A stretch of 64,000 bases of DNA from Nannocystis bainbridge (GTDB lineage Bacteria > Myxococcota_A > Polyangia > Nannocystales > Nannocystaceae): the NCBI RefSeq assembly GCF_028368995.1, contig NZ_JAQNDL010000001.1:3360001-3424000 (forward strand), given 5' to 3'. Shown piece by piece: positions 47,472-57,616 of this stretch. Position 1 is the stretch's first letter. Each line of letters starts with the position of its first letter. The notes below the pieces were generated by a model that saw only the letters and a list, made by a program, of their open reading frames with translations, was not told where the DNA came from and did not search any database. The position numbers and the translations under genes were made by a program.

Positions 47472-49991
47472 TCACCGCAGCAGCTCGAGCAGCTCCTCGC
47501 GGCCCAGGCCCGACACATCGCCCTCGTCGACCGTCGCCTGCGCCAGCGCCCGCTTGCGCGCGTGCAGCTCGAGGATCTTCTCCTCCACCGTGTCCTCCGC
47601 GATCAGCCGGTGCAGGAACACCGGCCGCGACTGCCCGATCCGGTGGGCCCGCGCCCCGGCCTGATCCTCGATCGACGGGTTCCACCACGGGTCCAGCAGA
47701 TACACATAGTCCGCAGCCGTCAGGTTCAGCCCCGTCCCGCCCGCCTTGAGCGAGATCAGCATCACCGGCGGCCCGTCCTCCGCCTGGAACCGCGCCACCA
47801 CCCCTGCGCGATCCTCCGTCGCCCCGTCGAGCCGCACGTGCTCGAGCTCCGCCGCCGTCAGCGCGTCCTCGACCAGATCCAGCAGGCTGGTCCACTGCGA
47901 GAACACCAGCGCCCGGTGGCCCGCCGCCGTCACCTCGGTCAGCTGCGCCAGCAGCAGCTCCACCTTGCTCGAGCGCGTCGCCTCCTGCCCCGGTACCAGC
48001 GCCGTGTGGCACGCCGCCTGGCGCAGCCGCAGCAGCAGCTCGAGCGCCTCGAGCATCCCCCCGCCCGACTGCAGCTTCGGCAGCTCGAGCTCGGCCGCCA
48101 CGCGCAGCCCGTCGTAGATCCGGCGCTCCTCCGCGTCGAGCGGGCAGCGCAGCACGATCTCCGTCAACGGCGGCAGCTCTGGCGCCACCTCTTGCTTACG
48201 CCGGCGCAGCATGAACGGCCGCAGCTTCGCCTGCAGCTCCGCCGTCCGGGCCGCCCGGCCCTGCTCGACCGCCTTGCCGTAGCCTGCCACGAACTCGCGC
48301 AGCTGCCCCAGCAGCCCCGGGTTCAGGAAATGCGACAGGCTCCACAGCTCCGTCAGGCGGTTCTGCACCGGCGTCCCGCTGAGCGCCACCCGCCAGCCCG
48401 CGCGCAGCCCGAACGCCGCGCTCGCGGTCGCCGTCGTCGGCTCCTTGATCGCGTGCGCCTCGTCGAGCACCACCGTGTCCCAAGTCTCTCGGGACAGCTT
48501 CTCACGGTCGAGCCGCAGCACCGCGTAGCTCGTGATCGTCACGTCGGCCGTCGGCTCGAGGTTGCGCTTCGGCCCGTGATACAGCGCCGCGCGCAGCCCC
48601 GGGCGGAACCTGCGGCACTCTGCCAGCCAGTTGTGCAGCGTCGAAGTCGGCGCCACCACCAGCGTCCGCCCGCGCACCGAAGTCAGCGTCTGCAGCGTCT
48701 TCCCCAGCCCCATGTCGTCGGCAAGCAGCGCCCCGATCCCCGCATCGCGCAGCACGCTCAACCAATCGACCCCGCGCCGCTGATAATCGCGCAGCTGCGC
48801 CGTCAGGTCCGCCGGCAGCGTCGCCGCCGGCAACGTCGCGAACATCTCCTCGCGCGACAGCGCCGCCAGCCCTGCCAGCTCGGGCGGCGGCGGCACCTGC
48901 AGCGCCTCGCACAGCCCTGCCGCCGCCGTCCGGGCCCAGCGCGGCCGCTTCCCGTCGGCCCGGCGCGCCGCCACGAATTGCTCGAGCATCGGCCCGTAGC
49001 GCTCCAGCCAGTCGCGCGGCAGCCACACCAGCCCGCCGTCGTCGGCCTGCAGCGCATATTGCCCCGAGCGCCACGCCTGCACCACCCGCGCCGCGTCGAC
49101 CTGCGTCTCCCCGCTTGAAGAAGCCCCGCTCGGCGCCTTGAACGTCACCTCCGGCTCGCCCGCCTCCGCGCCCGCCGCCGGCTCCGTCCATTGCGGCTCG
49201 AGCGTCCGCTTCTCCGGCTCGCGCGCCTCTGGTGATTCCGCCGGCGAACCTGCCTCCGGCGATTGTGAAGTCTCCTCGCTCACCGCGATCCGCTCCACGA
49301 ATCGCAGCACTTGCCCCACCAACGCCAGCCGCCCGCCGACGAACGTGCGCCCCTCGATCGCCGCCGCCGTCCGGACCCGCAGCGGCGCCGCCTCGATCGC
49401 CACCGGCGCCCCGTCGAGCGTCACATCGAATGCCGGCACCAGCCGCGCCACCACGAACTCCGCGATGTCCGGGTAGATCATCAGCTCCTTCGCCCCTGCC
49501 GGCATCGCCGCCAGCAGCGGATCGTCCGCCTCGACCGCCCCCACCTGCACCGCCTCGCCGCCCGCGCTCACCGCCACCACCCGCAGCTGCAGCTTGTCGC
49601 CCGCGCTCTGCAGCCGGTACCCCAGCTGCAGCGCCGCCGCCACCTGCGGCCCGATCTGCTCGAGCAGCCCGCCAGCAGTGTGCAGCACCAGCGCCGCCGC
49701 CACCACATGCTCACAGACGGCCGGCCCCGCCCCGCAGTCGCAGCGCCACCCGTCCCACGCCCACCGCACCTCCGCCCGCACCCCGCTGCCCGCCAGCCGC
49801 GCGATCGCAAACACCCACCCTGAGGCGTCGCACGCCTGCACCCGCGCCGCCCCCAGCCGCGCCAGCTTCAATCCCCGGTGCCACGCCGCCGGCGCCGCCG
49901 CCCGATGAACAGGTTCGAGGACCTCGGTAAACACGCGTTCAAGGCTGTACCACGCCCGGTCTCGGAGGTCAGCGCGCGTTTTCGCGCACAC
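47472..49991 (-). CDS. SNF2-family helicase with SWIM zinc finger
   Basis: CDC..CEH SWIM; LADDMGLGKT, LDEAH, SGTPVQN, ISLKAGGTGLNL, DPWWNP, RAHRIGQ. Start uncertain. Confidence 0.93.
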   Translation of the reverse strand: MCAKTRADLRDRAWYSLERVFTEVLEPVHRAAAPAAWHRGLKLARLGAARVQACDASGWVFAIARLAGSGVRAEVRWAWDGWRCDCGAGPAVCEHVVAAALVLHTAGGLLEQIGPQVAAALQLGYRLQSAGDKLQLRVVAVSAGGEAVQVGAVEADDPLLAAMPAGAKELMIYPDIAEFVVARLVPAFDVTLDGAPVAIEAAPLRVRTAAAIEGRTFVGGRLALVGQVLRFVERIAVSEETSQSPEAGSPAESPEAREPEKRTLEPQWTEPAAGAEAGEPEVTFKAPSGASSSGETQVDAARVVQAWRSGQYALQADDGGLVWLPRDWLERYGPMLEQFVAARRADGKRPRWARTAAAGLCEALQVPPPPELAGLAALSREEMFATLPAATLPADLTAQLRDYQRRGVDWLSVLRDAGIGALLADDMGLGKTLQTLTSVRGRTLVVAPTSTLHNWLAECRRFRPGLRAALYHGPKRNLEPTADVTITSYAVLRLDREKLSRETWDTVVLDEAHAIKEPTTATASAAFGLRAGWRVALSGTPVQNRLTELWSLSHFLNPGLLGQLREFVAGYGKAVEQGRAARTAELQAKLRPFMLRRRKQEVAPELPPLTEIVLRCPLDAEERRIYDGLRVAAELELPKLQSGGGMLEALELLLRLRQAACHTALVPGQEATRSSKVELLLAQLTEVTAAGHRALVFSQWTSLLDLVEDALTAAELEHVRLDGATEDRAGVVARFQAEDGPPVMLISLKAGGTGLNLTAADYVYLLDPWWNPSIEDQAGARAHRIGQSRPVFLHRLIAEDTVEEKILELHARKRALAQATVDEGDVSGLGREELLELLR

Positions 49992-50081
49992 CTTCGCGCC
50001 GACCGCGGTCCGCTCTTCGAAATGAAGCGTGGGAAACTTCGCCGAATCAGCCGATCATCGCGCTCGAGAAGCCGAGGCATC

Positions 50082-50310
50082 ATGACCTGGAGAGACATCC
50101 ATCTTTACGGCGCCGGCGCCATCGAACGTGTCTGCGGGCTCTACGAAATCGGCAACCTGCGAGTCCCGGGCGCCAAGTTCAAGATCAAGGTCCTCGAGCG
50201 TGCGCAAGGTGACTTCGTTGCCCTGCTCAACGTCAGCCTGAAAGCGCCAGACGGAAGCCCGGACGGAATGGCCGGACTCGGACGAACCGAGCACGAGGCG
50301 CGTTCGTCGA
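50082..50310 (+). pseudogene. Possibly truncated small hypothetical gene at the island edge
   Basis: MTWRDIHLY..KFKIKVLER.. reads like a protein for about 75 aa, then runs into the antisense of the KAP gene. Confidence 0.3.
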
Positions 50311-50377
50311 CCCCTGAGGGCGACGCTCATGCACAACTGCCGCACACAGCGGACCGGGATACCGTCGCATGGCGCTC

Positions 50378-52141
50378 TCATCCGTATAGTTGCTTAAGCC
50401 GAACGATGAGCATTTTTTTCTGCAGACTTGGCCCCGGCGCCTGTTGCTCGAGTCTCGCAGTCATGCGCTTGACCCAGTCTCCGGAACCGCCGATCCGGAG
50501 CAGCTCCACGACCTGAATCTGATCATGGTAGGTAAGCGAGAGCAGTATTTTGACGAAATCATCAGTGTCGACTTCTTGCAAAGCGCCGAGCGGCACGGCC
50601 GCCTCACGGCGCCAGCAGTCCTGCAAGTCGACTCCAAGCGCAGCAGCGAAGGCTTGTCCTCCTTGGCGCAAGGCTTTGAGAAGCTTCACTGACTCCAACT
50701 GAATTATTCTCCGCTCGCTCGACCTGGAGCTTTCGGTAGCGTACTTCACAAGCTCCTGAAATTCAGCCATTTCAACGGCCGCATACACTACTCCTGCGTA
50801 TGATTTCGGATACACAAAGCAGGCGTCGCAAGTCTCCGCGTCACGATTAATTGATGCAATTGCACATTTTGCTGCATCGATAATGCTCGCTATGCTCCGC
50901 ACGGAACACACCACCCCCTCATCTTGCGCCCACATATGAGTAGCAGCGACGTGTAAGATTTGACCAGCAGTGTGAAGATTCTTATCAATCAGAGATTTCC
51001 ATGTATTTTCCAGAAGATCATTGAACTCCGAGTCTGAAAACTTATCAAAGTTGATCAAGCGCAGCCAGTCCGGCGGTTGAGCATCCTCCACCACGCGTTT
51101 GCATTCGGAGGCGAGTTCGGCTACTTCGATCTCGCCACGCGCAAAGAAGCCACGCCACCAATTCAGCGAGAGAACCTGTGGCGATAGTGAGAGCGCCGAG
51201 TATCGGCGGTAAATAGTATCATCCAAGCTATCGCCGCTCTGTTTTCCCGAAACAATATTCGCCACGCGCGGCTCAATCTCATCGGGCTTCAATGCGCCGG
51301 AGTAGACCCCAAATGCCAGGGGCAGTGTGGAATCAAGCAACCTCAAAGCCAATGTCTGCTCGTCCTGCAGATCGCTGGGAATCACCGTGAATATGCGGCA
51401 AAAGTCGCGAATGGCAAAGCGGAGGACACGCAGGCTGGTGCATTGGGAATGCTCAAAAAGCTGCAGCGCGCGTCCTCGATGCCTCTTGAGGACTGTCGCG
51501 CACATGTCACTTTCTTCACTGAGCATGCAGTCCAATGCGCCCGCCGCATCGGGGGTCACCTTGAGGGTCATGCCGATGGTTTTCTCCTTGGTCCGCCGGT
51601 AGGATCCGTCCTTTCCCTCTATCTCATTCTCTGCTGACAGCAGGATTACCTTCTTGCCATCATGTTCGACCAACTGGTTGATGAGGCCCCACAGTTCGTC
51701 TCCGGCAACGGCGCAGCGTTCAATGTCGTCGAAGACTAGGATGTCTTTGTCGGTTGAGGGATTCTTTTTTACCTCATCCATGACCCCGGGGAGCCCCGCG
51801 CTGACTTGCAAGTCCCCCTTGTTGTCGCCATTCAAATCGATGGTTGTCGAGATTTTCACAAGCCCCTTGATCAGCCGCCCCGCAATGACAGCTCCTTTCG
51901 ATGCAAGAAACGGATGGCGTGCAGCAAAAATTCGTTCGGCCACATCATTGGCGGATTTGGCTCCGTATAGGCTTATGTAGAGATATTTGTTGAGTTTATC
52001 GGAGGACGAGTGGCGTTGAATCAGCCAAGTCTTGCCCGTGCCCCACTCACCCGTTATCATCAATGCGTAGCGGGGCGGCGTGGTGTAGCATGCATAGTGG
52101 GTGAGATATGACAGGATGTGCTGGTTCGGATTCTCGGACAT
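50378..52141 (-). CDS. KAP family P-loop NTPase in a low-GC insertion
   Basis: ITGEWGTGKT, YISLYG, LVFDDIER, EKTIG; visibly much more AT-rich than its flanks. Confidence 0.85.
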   Translation of the reverse strand: MSENPNQHILSYLTHYACYTTPPRYALMITGEWGTGKTWLIQRHSSSDKLNKYLYISLYGAKSANDVAERIFAARHPFLASKGAVIAGRLIKGLVKISTTIDLNGDNKGDLQVSAGLPGVMDEVKKNPSTDKDILVFDDIERCAVAGDELWGLINQLVEHDGKKVILLSAENEIEGKDGSYRRTKEKTIGMTLKVTPDAAGALDCMLSEESDMCATVLKRHRGRALQLFEHSQCTSLRVLRFAIRDFCRIFTVIPSDLQDEQTLALRLLDSTLPLAFGVYSGALKPDEIEPRVANIVSGKQSGDSLDDTIYRRYSALSLSPQVLSLNWWRGFFARGEIEVAELASECKRVVEDAQPPDWLRLINFDKFSDSEFNDLLENTWKSLIDKNLHTAGQILHVAATHMWAQDEGVVCSVRSIASIIDAAKCAIASINRDAETCDACFVYPKSYAGVVYAAVEMAEFQELVKYATESSRSSERRIIQLESVKLLKALRQGGQAFAAALGVDLQDCWRREAAVPLGALQEVDTDDFVKILLSLTYHDQIQVVELLRIGGSGDWVKRMTARLEQQAPGPSLQKKMLIVRLKQLYG

Positions 52142-52817
52142 GAATAGGATTATCGCCCACTGCACGAGCAAATGTCAACTCGTCCATTCGAAGGGACATG
52201 CCCGGGGCAAGGGAGTCGGGGGCAACAGGCCGGCGTTGAGGGCTGACCCAAACCTGCCCTACTGCGGAATAAACTTCGAGCAGGCTGTCCCGATGAGGTT
52301 GGTAGCGACGTCGAACCCGGGCCCGTAGTCGGACTCACTCCAGCCGATCGAGTACATATACGGGAACAGCGCGCGAAATTGACAAATGTGGTCGTAGTCC
52401 TTGCACTCGCCGCCGTACTTGCTGGCGATACTGAACACGACCACGGCCGCGCCATCGCCATGCTTGGCTTCGATCACCGCTTGCGCCACTCGGCGGGGGT
52501 ACCTTCCGAGTCTTCGTCGGCGGTGACGAAGGCAAGGGCCACGACCATGACGTACTACATCCACCTCGATAAGCTGCGTAAGGCTCGCTAGGCGGTGGAC
52601 ATGCTGGCGGGAACCGCCCCGCCCCCGACGCTGGCACCCGTGGTGCCGATGCGGCCGACCCCGCCGGTCCGTGGCAACCGCCTGGCACTGGCTGGTAAGT
52701 AGCCCGGGTTCTGTCGTATACGTGGAATTGAGCCGAATTCACAGTCGGCAATTCGCTAAGCAGGACACCCGGCCCGGCTCGCACTCGCGGCCCACTCGAC
52801 TCGAAGCCGAGAACCCG

Positions 52818-53336
52818 TCACCCCCCGAGCCGCTGCGTCACTTCCGCCTCGAGCTCCGCGATCTTCACCTCGCCCGCGAACACCTTCACGATCTGCCCGT
52901 CCTTATCGACCACGTACAGCGTCGGCATCTTCGGCGGCGACCACGACTTCGCCAGCGCCTGTCCTTCATCGAAAATCATCGGGAACGACACTGGCACATC
53001 GCGGAGGAACGCCTGCGCGTCCTCGCGTTGCTCGTCCATGCTCACTCCGACCATCTCCAGCCCGTTCGCCTGGTGGCGCTTGTAGAGCGCCTCGAGCTCC
53101 GGGAACTCTCGGCGGCATGGTTCGCACCACGACGCCCAGAAGTCGACCAGCACCAGCTTCCCGCGCATCGTTGCCAGGTCCACCGTCGTCCCCGCCCCGG
53201 CCAACGACGGCCCGGCCAGCGCGGGTGCCGGCCTCTCCGCCGTCGCCGGCGCACCGCCGTCGGGCGCCTTCGTCGCGGGTTGCGGCTCGCAGGCCGACAG
53301 GAGGAACATGGCGAAGAGGACAGGTCGTGAAAACAT
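52818..53336 (-). CDS. TlpA-family thiol:disulfide oxidoreductase lipoprotein
   Basis: Lipobox LSAC; GKLVLVDFWASWCEPC; MPTLYVVD. Confidence 0.93.
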   Translation of the reverse strand: MFSRPVLFAMFLLSACEPQPATKAPDGGAPATAERPAPALAGPSLAGAGTTVDLATMRGKLVLVDFWASWCEPCRREFPELEALYKRHQANGLEMVGVSMDEQREDAQAFLRDVPVSFPMIFDEGQALAKSWSPPKMPTLYVVDKDGQIVKVFAGEVKIAELEAEVTQRLGG

Positions 53337-53366
53337 GCGTGTGTGCTCCGAAGAAAGCCGGCCGTA

Positions 53367-54455
53367 TCAGTAGCGCCCGCCGAGCATGGCCGACAGCTCG
53401 AGGGCCCACACCCGCGACAGCCCGACGAAGTCGTCGTAGCCGATGCGCGTGCCGGCGACCAGCGCCCCGACCTCGATCGCCCCGCGCTTCAGCGGTTTGG
53501 CGTAGAGGCTGTGGAGCGCCAGGCGCTGGCTGCCGAGCGACGACAGTTCGCGGTCGCGGGTGAAGTAACCACCTGGCCCTGGGGCCATGTAGTGAGAGCG
53601 GTAGAAGAACGCCGCCGACTGCGCGTAATGGCGGTACTCGAGCGCCAGCGTCGCCCCGCGGGCCGGCACCACCGACAGGTCGACCGCCGCCGTGTGCGAG
53701 CGCAGCTGCCACGAATCGTAGTAGAAGCGGTACGTCGCCCCGATCGACACTTTGCGGTGCAGCGCCTGGCGGGCCCGCAGCACCCACGCGTGGCGGTTGC
53801 GGCGGCGCGGGTGGACCTCGGGCAGGCAGAACTGCGTCGTCTCGTTGCAAAGCCCGCCGTCGCCGCCGACCGCCACGAACCGGTACGGGCTCGCCATGTA
53901 GCCGAGCGCCCCGCGCAGCTCGTAGGCCAGCTGCAGCAGCGTCGTCTTCGTCAGCACGAACGTCGCGCTGACCAGCGCCCCGCCGGCGCGCACCGGCTCG
54001 CGGAACGTCGGGTCGCCCGAGCGGCCGACGCGGTCGAGCGCGCCGAACAGCCGCCCGGCCAGCGTGATCGTGCGCTGCGCCAGGTCGACCTTGCCGCCGA
54101 GCGTCGCGCTGTTCGCCAGGTAGTCCGGCTCGTGCGAAAAGCGATACGACGCCGACCACGCCGTGATCCCGCGCTCACGCTCGACCCCGACGACCCCCTC
54201 GTGACGGTTCTCGCGCACGATCGGCGTCGCGGCCGTGCGGATGTCCACCGACGCGCTGGTCCAGGCGTCGAGGCTGTAGCTGATGTCCAGCTGCGTCTGC
54301 GGGCCGCCCAATTGCTGCCGCAGGTGCGCCCGCGGCGAGATCACCGTCGTCCGGTCGCTGTCCGTGCGCACGTAGATGCCGCCACGGACCTGGCCCCCGA
54401 TCGGGGCCGGCTCGGCCGCCTGGACCAGAGCCAAACTCAGGGGGATCCACCTCAT
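53367..54455 (-). CDS. DUF3570 domain outer-membrane protein
   Basis: DSDRTTVISP, LDAWTSASVD, SHEPDY, PYR, EVHP..R.R, YRFYYDSW, TRDRELS. Confidence 0.8.
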   Translation of the reverse strand: MRWIPLSLALVQAAEPAPIGGQVRGGIYVRTDSDRTTVISPRAHLRQQLGGPQTQLDISYSLDAWTSASVDIRTAATPIVRENRHEGVVGVERERGITAWSASYRFSHEPDYLANSATLGGKVDLAQRTITLAGRLFGALDRVGRSGDPTFREPVRAGGALVSATFVLTKTTLLQLAYELRGALGYMASPYRFVAVGGDGGLCNETTQFCLPEVHPRRRNRHAWVLRARQALHRKVSIGATYRFYYDSWQLRSHTAAVDLSVVPARGATLALEYRHYAQSAAFFYRSHYMAPGPGGYFTRDRELSSLGSQRLALHSLYAKPLKRGAIEVGALVAGTRIGYDDFVGLSRVWALELSAMLGGRY

Positions 54456-54492
54456 TGGCGGCGAATCATCACGCGCACAGCGCGCGTCACCC

Positions 54493-54519
54493 TGAAATTA
54501 ATTTTGAAATCCATTTTCA
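54493..54519. promoter_or_regulatory. Overlapping Fur-like boxes between divergent genes
   Basis: AT-rich TGAAATTAATTTTGAAATCCATTTTCA contains two 7-1-7 inverted repeats of the TGAAAAT-N-ATTTTCA type. Confidence 0.5.
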
Positions 54520-54570
54520 GATCGGAGACTATCCGCCGCGACGTTCTCCGTCAACTCTGGAGTCTCCGCC

Positions 54571-55005
54571 ATGGCCCGTAAGGCACGCCCCACGCTCGTT
54601 CTGCTCCTCGGACTCGCCGCATGCGGTGGGCTCGGAAACCCGAGCGACAGCGACAACAACAACTTCACCACGGCGGTCCCGCCGTGGATGGGCAGCGAGA
54701 GCGACAGCGGCAGCGGCAGCGGCAACGTGGTCCCTGGCGGTCCTTCGACGACCACCACCGGCGCCTCGGCCAGCGACACCGCGACCACCGGCGAGCCGAC
54801 GACCTCCGACAGCACCACGACGACTTCGACCTCCACGTCGACCTCGACGACCGCGCCCGACCCGACCGGCGCGCCGAAGCTCGACCTGCCGCCGAGCTTC
54901 ACCACCGGCGAGACCGACACCGACAAGGACAAGGACAAAGACAAGGACAAGGACGACGACAAGGACAAGGACGTGGACACGACCACGTTGCCCGCGCCGC
55001 TGTGA
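54571..55005 (+). CDS. Low-complexity Thr/Ser-rich lipoprotein with (DK)n tail
   Basis: Lipobox LAAC; GTGA coupling to the next gene. Confidence 0.65.
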   Translation: MARKARPTLVLLLGLAACGGLGNPSDSDNNNFTTAVPPWMGSESDSGSGSGNVVPGGPSTTTTGASASDTATTGEPTTSDSTTTTSTSTSTSTTAPDPTGAPKLDLPPSFTTGETDTDKDKDKDKDKDDDKDKDVDTTTLPAPL

Positions 55006-56498
55006 TCGCCGGGCCCTCACCGCGCCCCTCGGCCGTCCGCGAAGCCGCGACCTTGCTGCTGGCTGGCCTGTGCTTCGGCGCCAGCCAGCAGCTCGTCGTC
55101 CGTGAGCTCGTCAGCCTCCTCTACGGCGAGGAGGTGGTGCTGCTGTTCGTCTCCGCCGCCGCGCTCGCGGCCGCCTCGCTTGGCTACCGCCTCGGCGCGC
55201 GCCTGTCCCCGCGGGCCCTCGCCGGCCTGCTGCTGACCTGCGGCGCCCTGCTGCTGCTGTCGCCCGCGCTGCCACGATTCGCGGTCGCCGGCCTGTGCCT
55301 CCTGCGCGGCGACTCCGGCCCCGAATTGTTGGTAGTCCTCGCCCTGCTGACATTCGCCGCCGCCGCCCCGTTCACCGCCATCGTCCCGGCCCTGCTCGAC
55401 CGCCACGAGCAGCCCGAGGACCGCCTCGCCGCCCTGCGTCGCGGCTACACCGCCGAGCTGATCGGCTTCGGCCTCGGCAGCACCGCCGCCCTCGCCCTCG
55501 GCAGCGCCCCCGGCCTGCGCTTCGCCGTGCTCGCCGCCGCCCTGGTCGCCCTCGTCCACGTCAGCCTCGACCGCCGCCGCGTCACCCTCGCCTGCACCGT
55601 CGCCGCCGCCCTCGCCTGCGCCACCCATGCCCCGCTGTCGCGGCTCGGCGCCGATCTGGTGTATCGCCACAAGCACCGCCTGCCCGGCGCCGAGGTGGTG
55701 TGGTCGGTCGATTCGCCGTACCAGCGGGTCGAGGTCGTCACCGCCCCGGGCCGCGGCCGCATGCTCTACCTCGACGGCCTGCGCGACCTCGACGACCGCG
55801 ACCTCGGCGCGCTCAATCACTACCTCGCACGCGCCCCGGCGACGCTGGTGCAGCCGAAGCAGGCGCTGCTGGTCGGCAACGGCACGCTGTCGATGGTGCC
55901 CGAGCTGGCGCGCCTGTCCGATCATCTGACCACGGTGGAGATCGATCCGGCGGTGGTCGACGCGGGGGCGCGCTTCTTCACCCCGGGCGAGCCGCTGGCC
56001 CGGCTCGCCAACTGGCGCCTGGTGCTGGCCGACGGCAAGCAATTCCTGGCCGCGACCGAGCAGCGCTTCGACCTGATCGCGGTCGACGTGCCGTCGCCGC
56101 TGACGCTCGGCGAGGCCTATCTGCACACCCGCGAATTCTACGCCCTGTGCCGCGCGCGCCTCAACTCGGGCGGGGTCCTGGCGATCCAGCTGAGCGGCCC
56201 GCTCGGCGCCCCGACCCGCACCCCGGCCCGCCTGGTCGCGTCGCTGCGCGCCGAGTTCCCGGCCGTGGTCGTGGCCGACAGCGAGACGGCCGACCGCGCC
56301 TTCGCCTACGCCTCCGACGCGCTGCCGTTCACGCCCGAGGCGCTGCAGTCGGTCGCGGTCGCCGGTGAGCGGGCGCTCGCCGTGATCGCCGGCCCCGAGC
56401 TCGACCGCCGCATCGAAGGCGCCGTACCCTTGACCCTCGACGACCTCGACCTCGTGCTGCGCCGCGGCGCCGAACGCCTGCGCGAGCGCTACCTGTGA
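55002..56498 (+). CDS. Membrane-fused spermidine synthase-like protein
   Basis: Multi-TM N-terminus; DSPYQRV, LYLDG, LLVGNG, VEIDP, DGKQFL, FDLIAVD, LHTREFY. Confidence 0.85.
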   Translation: MIAGPSPRPSAVREAATLLLAGLCFGASQQLVVRELVSLLYGEEVVLLFVSAAALAAASLGYRLGARLSPRALAGLLLTCGALLLLSPALPRFAVAGLCLLRGDSGPELLVVLALLTFAAAAPFTAIVPALLDRHEQPEDRLAALRRGYTAELIGFGLGSTAALALGSAPGLRFAVLAAALVALVHVSLDRRRVTLACTVAAALACATHAPLSRLGADLVYRHKHRLPGAEVVWSVDSPYQRVEVVTAPGRGRMLYLDGLRDLDDRDLGALNHYLARAPATLVQPKQALLVGNGTLSMVPELARLSDHLTTVEIDPAVVDAGARFFTPGEPLARLANWRLVLADGKQFLAATEQRFDLIAVDVPSPLTLGEAYLHTREFYALCRARLNSGGVLAIQLSGPLGAPTRTPARLVASLRAEFPAVVVADSETADRAFAYASDALPFTPEALQSVAVAGERALAVIAGPELDRRIEGAVPLTLDDLDLVLRRGAERLRERYL

Positions 56499-56565
56499 CC
56501 GCCATGCCGCGCGCCGCCACCACGCCCGCTCGCCCCGCGCTCCGCGTCGCGCACGCCAGCACCTC

Positions 56566-57492
56566 GTGACCGCCATGCCGCGCGCCCTGCCCTCCGCGTT
56601 CCTCGTCGGCGTCCACCTCGGGCTGCTGCAGGCCGGGCTGCTGCTGACGCTGTCGCGCGCGCTGTCGGCCGCGCACACCACCTACGCGCTGGTGCTGACC
56701 GCGTGGCTCGCCGGCTCGGCGCTCGGCTTGTGGTCGCGCGCGCCGGCCCGCGACCTGCCGCGCGCGCTCGGGCTCGGGCTCGTCGCCTACGCCGGCGCCG
56801 CGCTGGCGCTCGGCAGCGTCGACTTCATCGCCGCCAGCCCGTGGTGGTTCGCCCCGGCGGTGGCCGCCGCCGGCCTCGCCTCGGGCACCTACTTCGCCGC
56901 CGCGGTCGCCGGCGGGGCCGCGACCGCCCGCGTGTTCGCGCGCGAGACCTGGGGCTTCCTCGCCGGCACCCTGCTGGCCGCCGCCGGCTACGCGTTCCTC
57001 GGACGACCTGCTCTTTTGTACATGCCCCTCGTGACAGGTACCCTCGCCCTCGCCCTGCGCCCGCGCGCCGCCCTCGCCGCCCTCGCCCTGCTGTCCTTCG
57101 GCTGCGACGACCCGGTGCGGGTGGTGCCCGCGCCCGACCGCGCCCGCTTCGGCGCCGAGGTCTACCCGGTGCTGCTGCGCGACTGCAGCTTCCCGGCCTG
57201 CCACGGCGACCCACGCCGCCCGCTGTTCATCCCCGGCCCCGGCCGCACCCGCCTCGGCACGCCCGAGTCGCCGCTCGACGCCCCGACCCGCGCCGAGGTC
57301 GACCTCGCCTACGACCGCGCCCGCGGCTGGCTGCTGGCCGAAGGCGACGAGCCGCCGCCGCTGCTCCACAAGCCCGGCCCGCGCGCCGCCCACGAGGGCC
57401 GTGACGAGCACGGCCGCAACGTCTATGAAGACCCGGACGCCCCCGGCCTGGCGATCCTCACCGCCTGGGCCGCAGGCACGGAGGCGCCGTGA
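56566..57492 (+). CDS. Membrane protein fused to a lipoprotein-like domain with CxxxxCH motif
   Basis: TM helices, then LSFGC..VYPVLLRDCSFPACHG..LLHKP..H. Confidence 0.65.
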   Translation: MTAMPRALPSAFLVGVHLGLLQAGLLLTLSRALSAAHTTYALVLTAWLAGSALGLWSRAPARDLPRALGLGLVAYAGAALALGSVDFIAASPWWFAPAVAAAGLASGTYFAAAVAGGAATARVFARETWGFLAGTLLAAAGYAFLGRPALLYMPLVTGTLALALRPRAALAALALLSFGCDDPVRVVPAPDRARFGAEVYPVLLRDCSFPACHGDPRRPLFIPGPGRTRLGTPESPLDAPTRAEVDLAYDRARGWLLAEGDEPPPLLHKPGPRAAHEGRDEHGRNVYEDPDAPGLAILTAWAAGTEAP

Positions 57493-57504
57493 TGGCTCGA
57501 AGCA

Positions 57505-57580
57505 CATGGTCGATGCGACATGCCCCGAAGGGCATGCCCCAAAGCACATGCTTGAAAGAGCATGTCCTCTCGGACCTGTC
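57505..57580. repeat. 14-bp period array of the (GA)CATG(TC) motif
   Basis: CATG at 57505, 57519, 57533, 57547 and 57561, and CCTG at 57575. Confidence 0.8.
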
Positions 57581-57616
57581 CATCCCCTCGCTCCCCGCGC
57601 GCCCGGAGGTGACCCG

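Noticed and set aside
52259-52564. Intact small gene
   Set aside because: Only the C-terminal part looks protein-like and there is no convincing start. It is probably a remnant, so it is not listed as a CDS.
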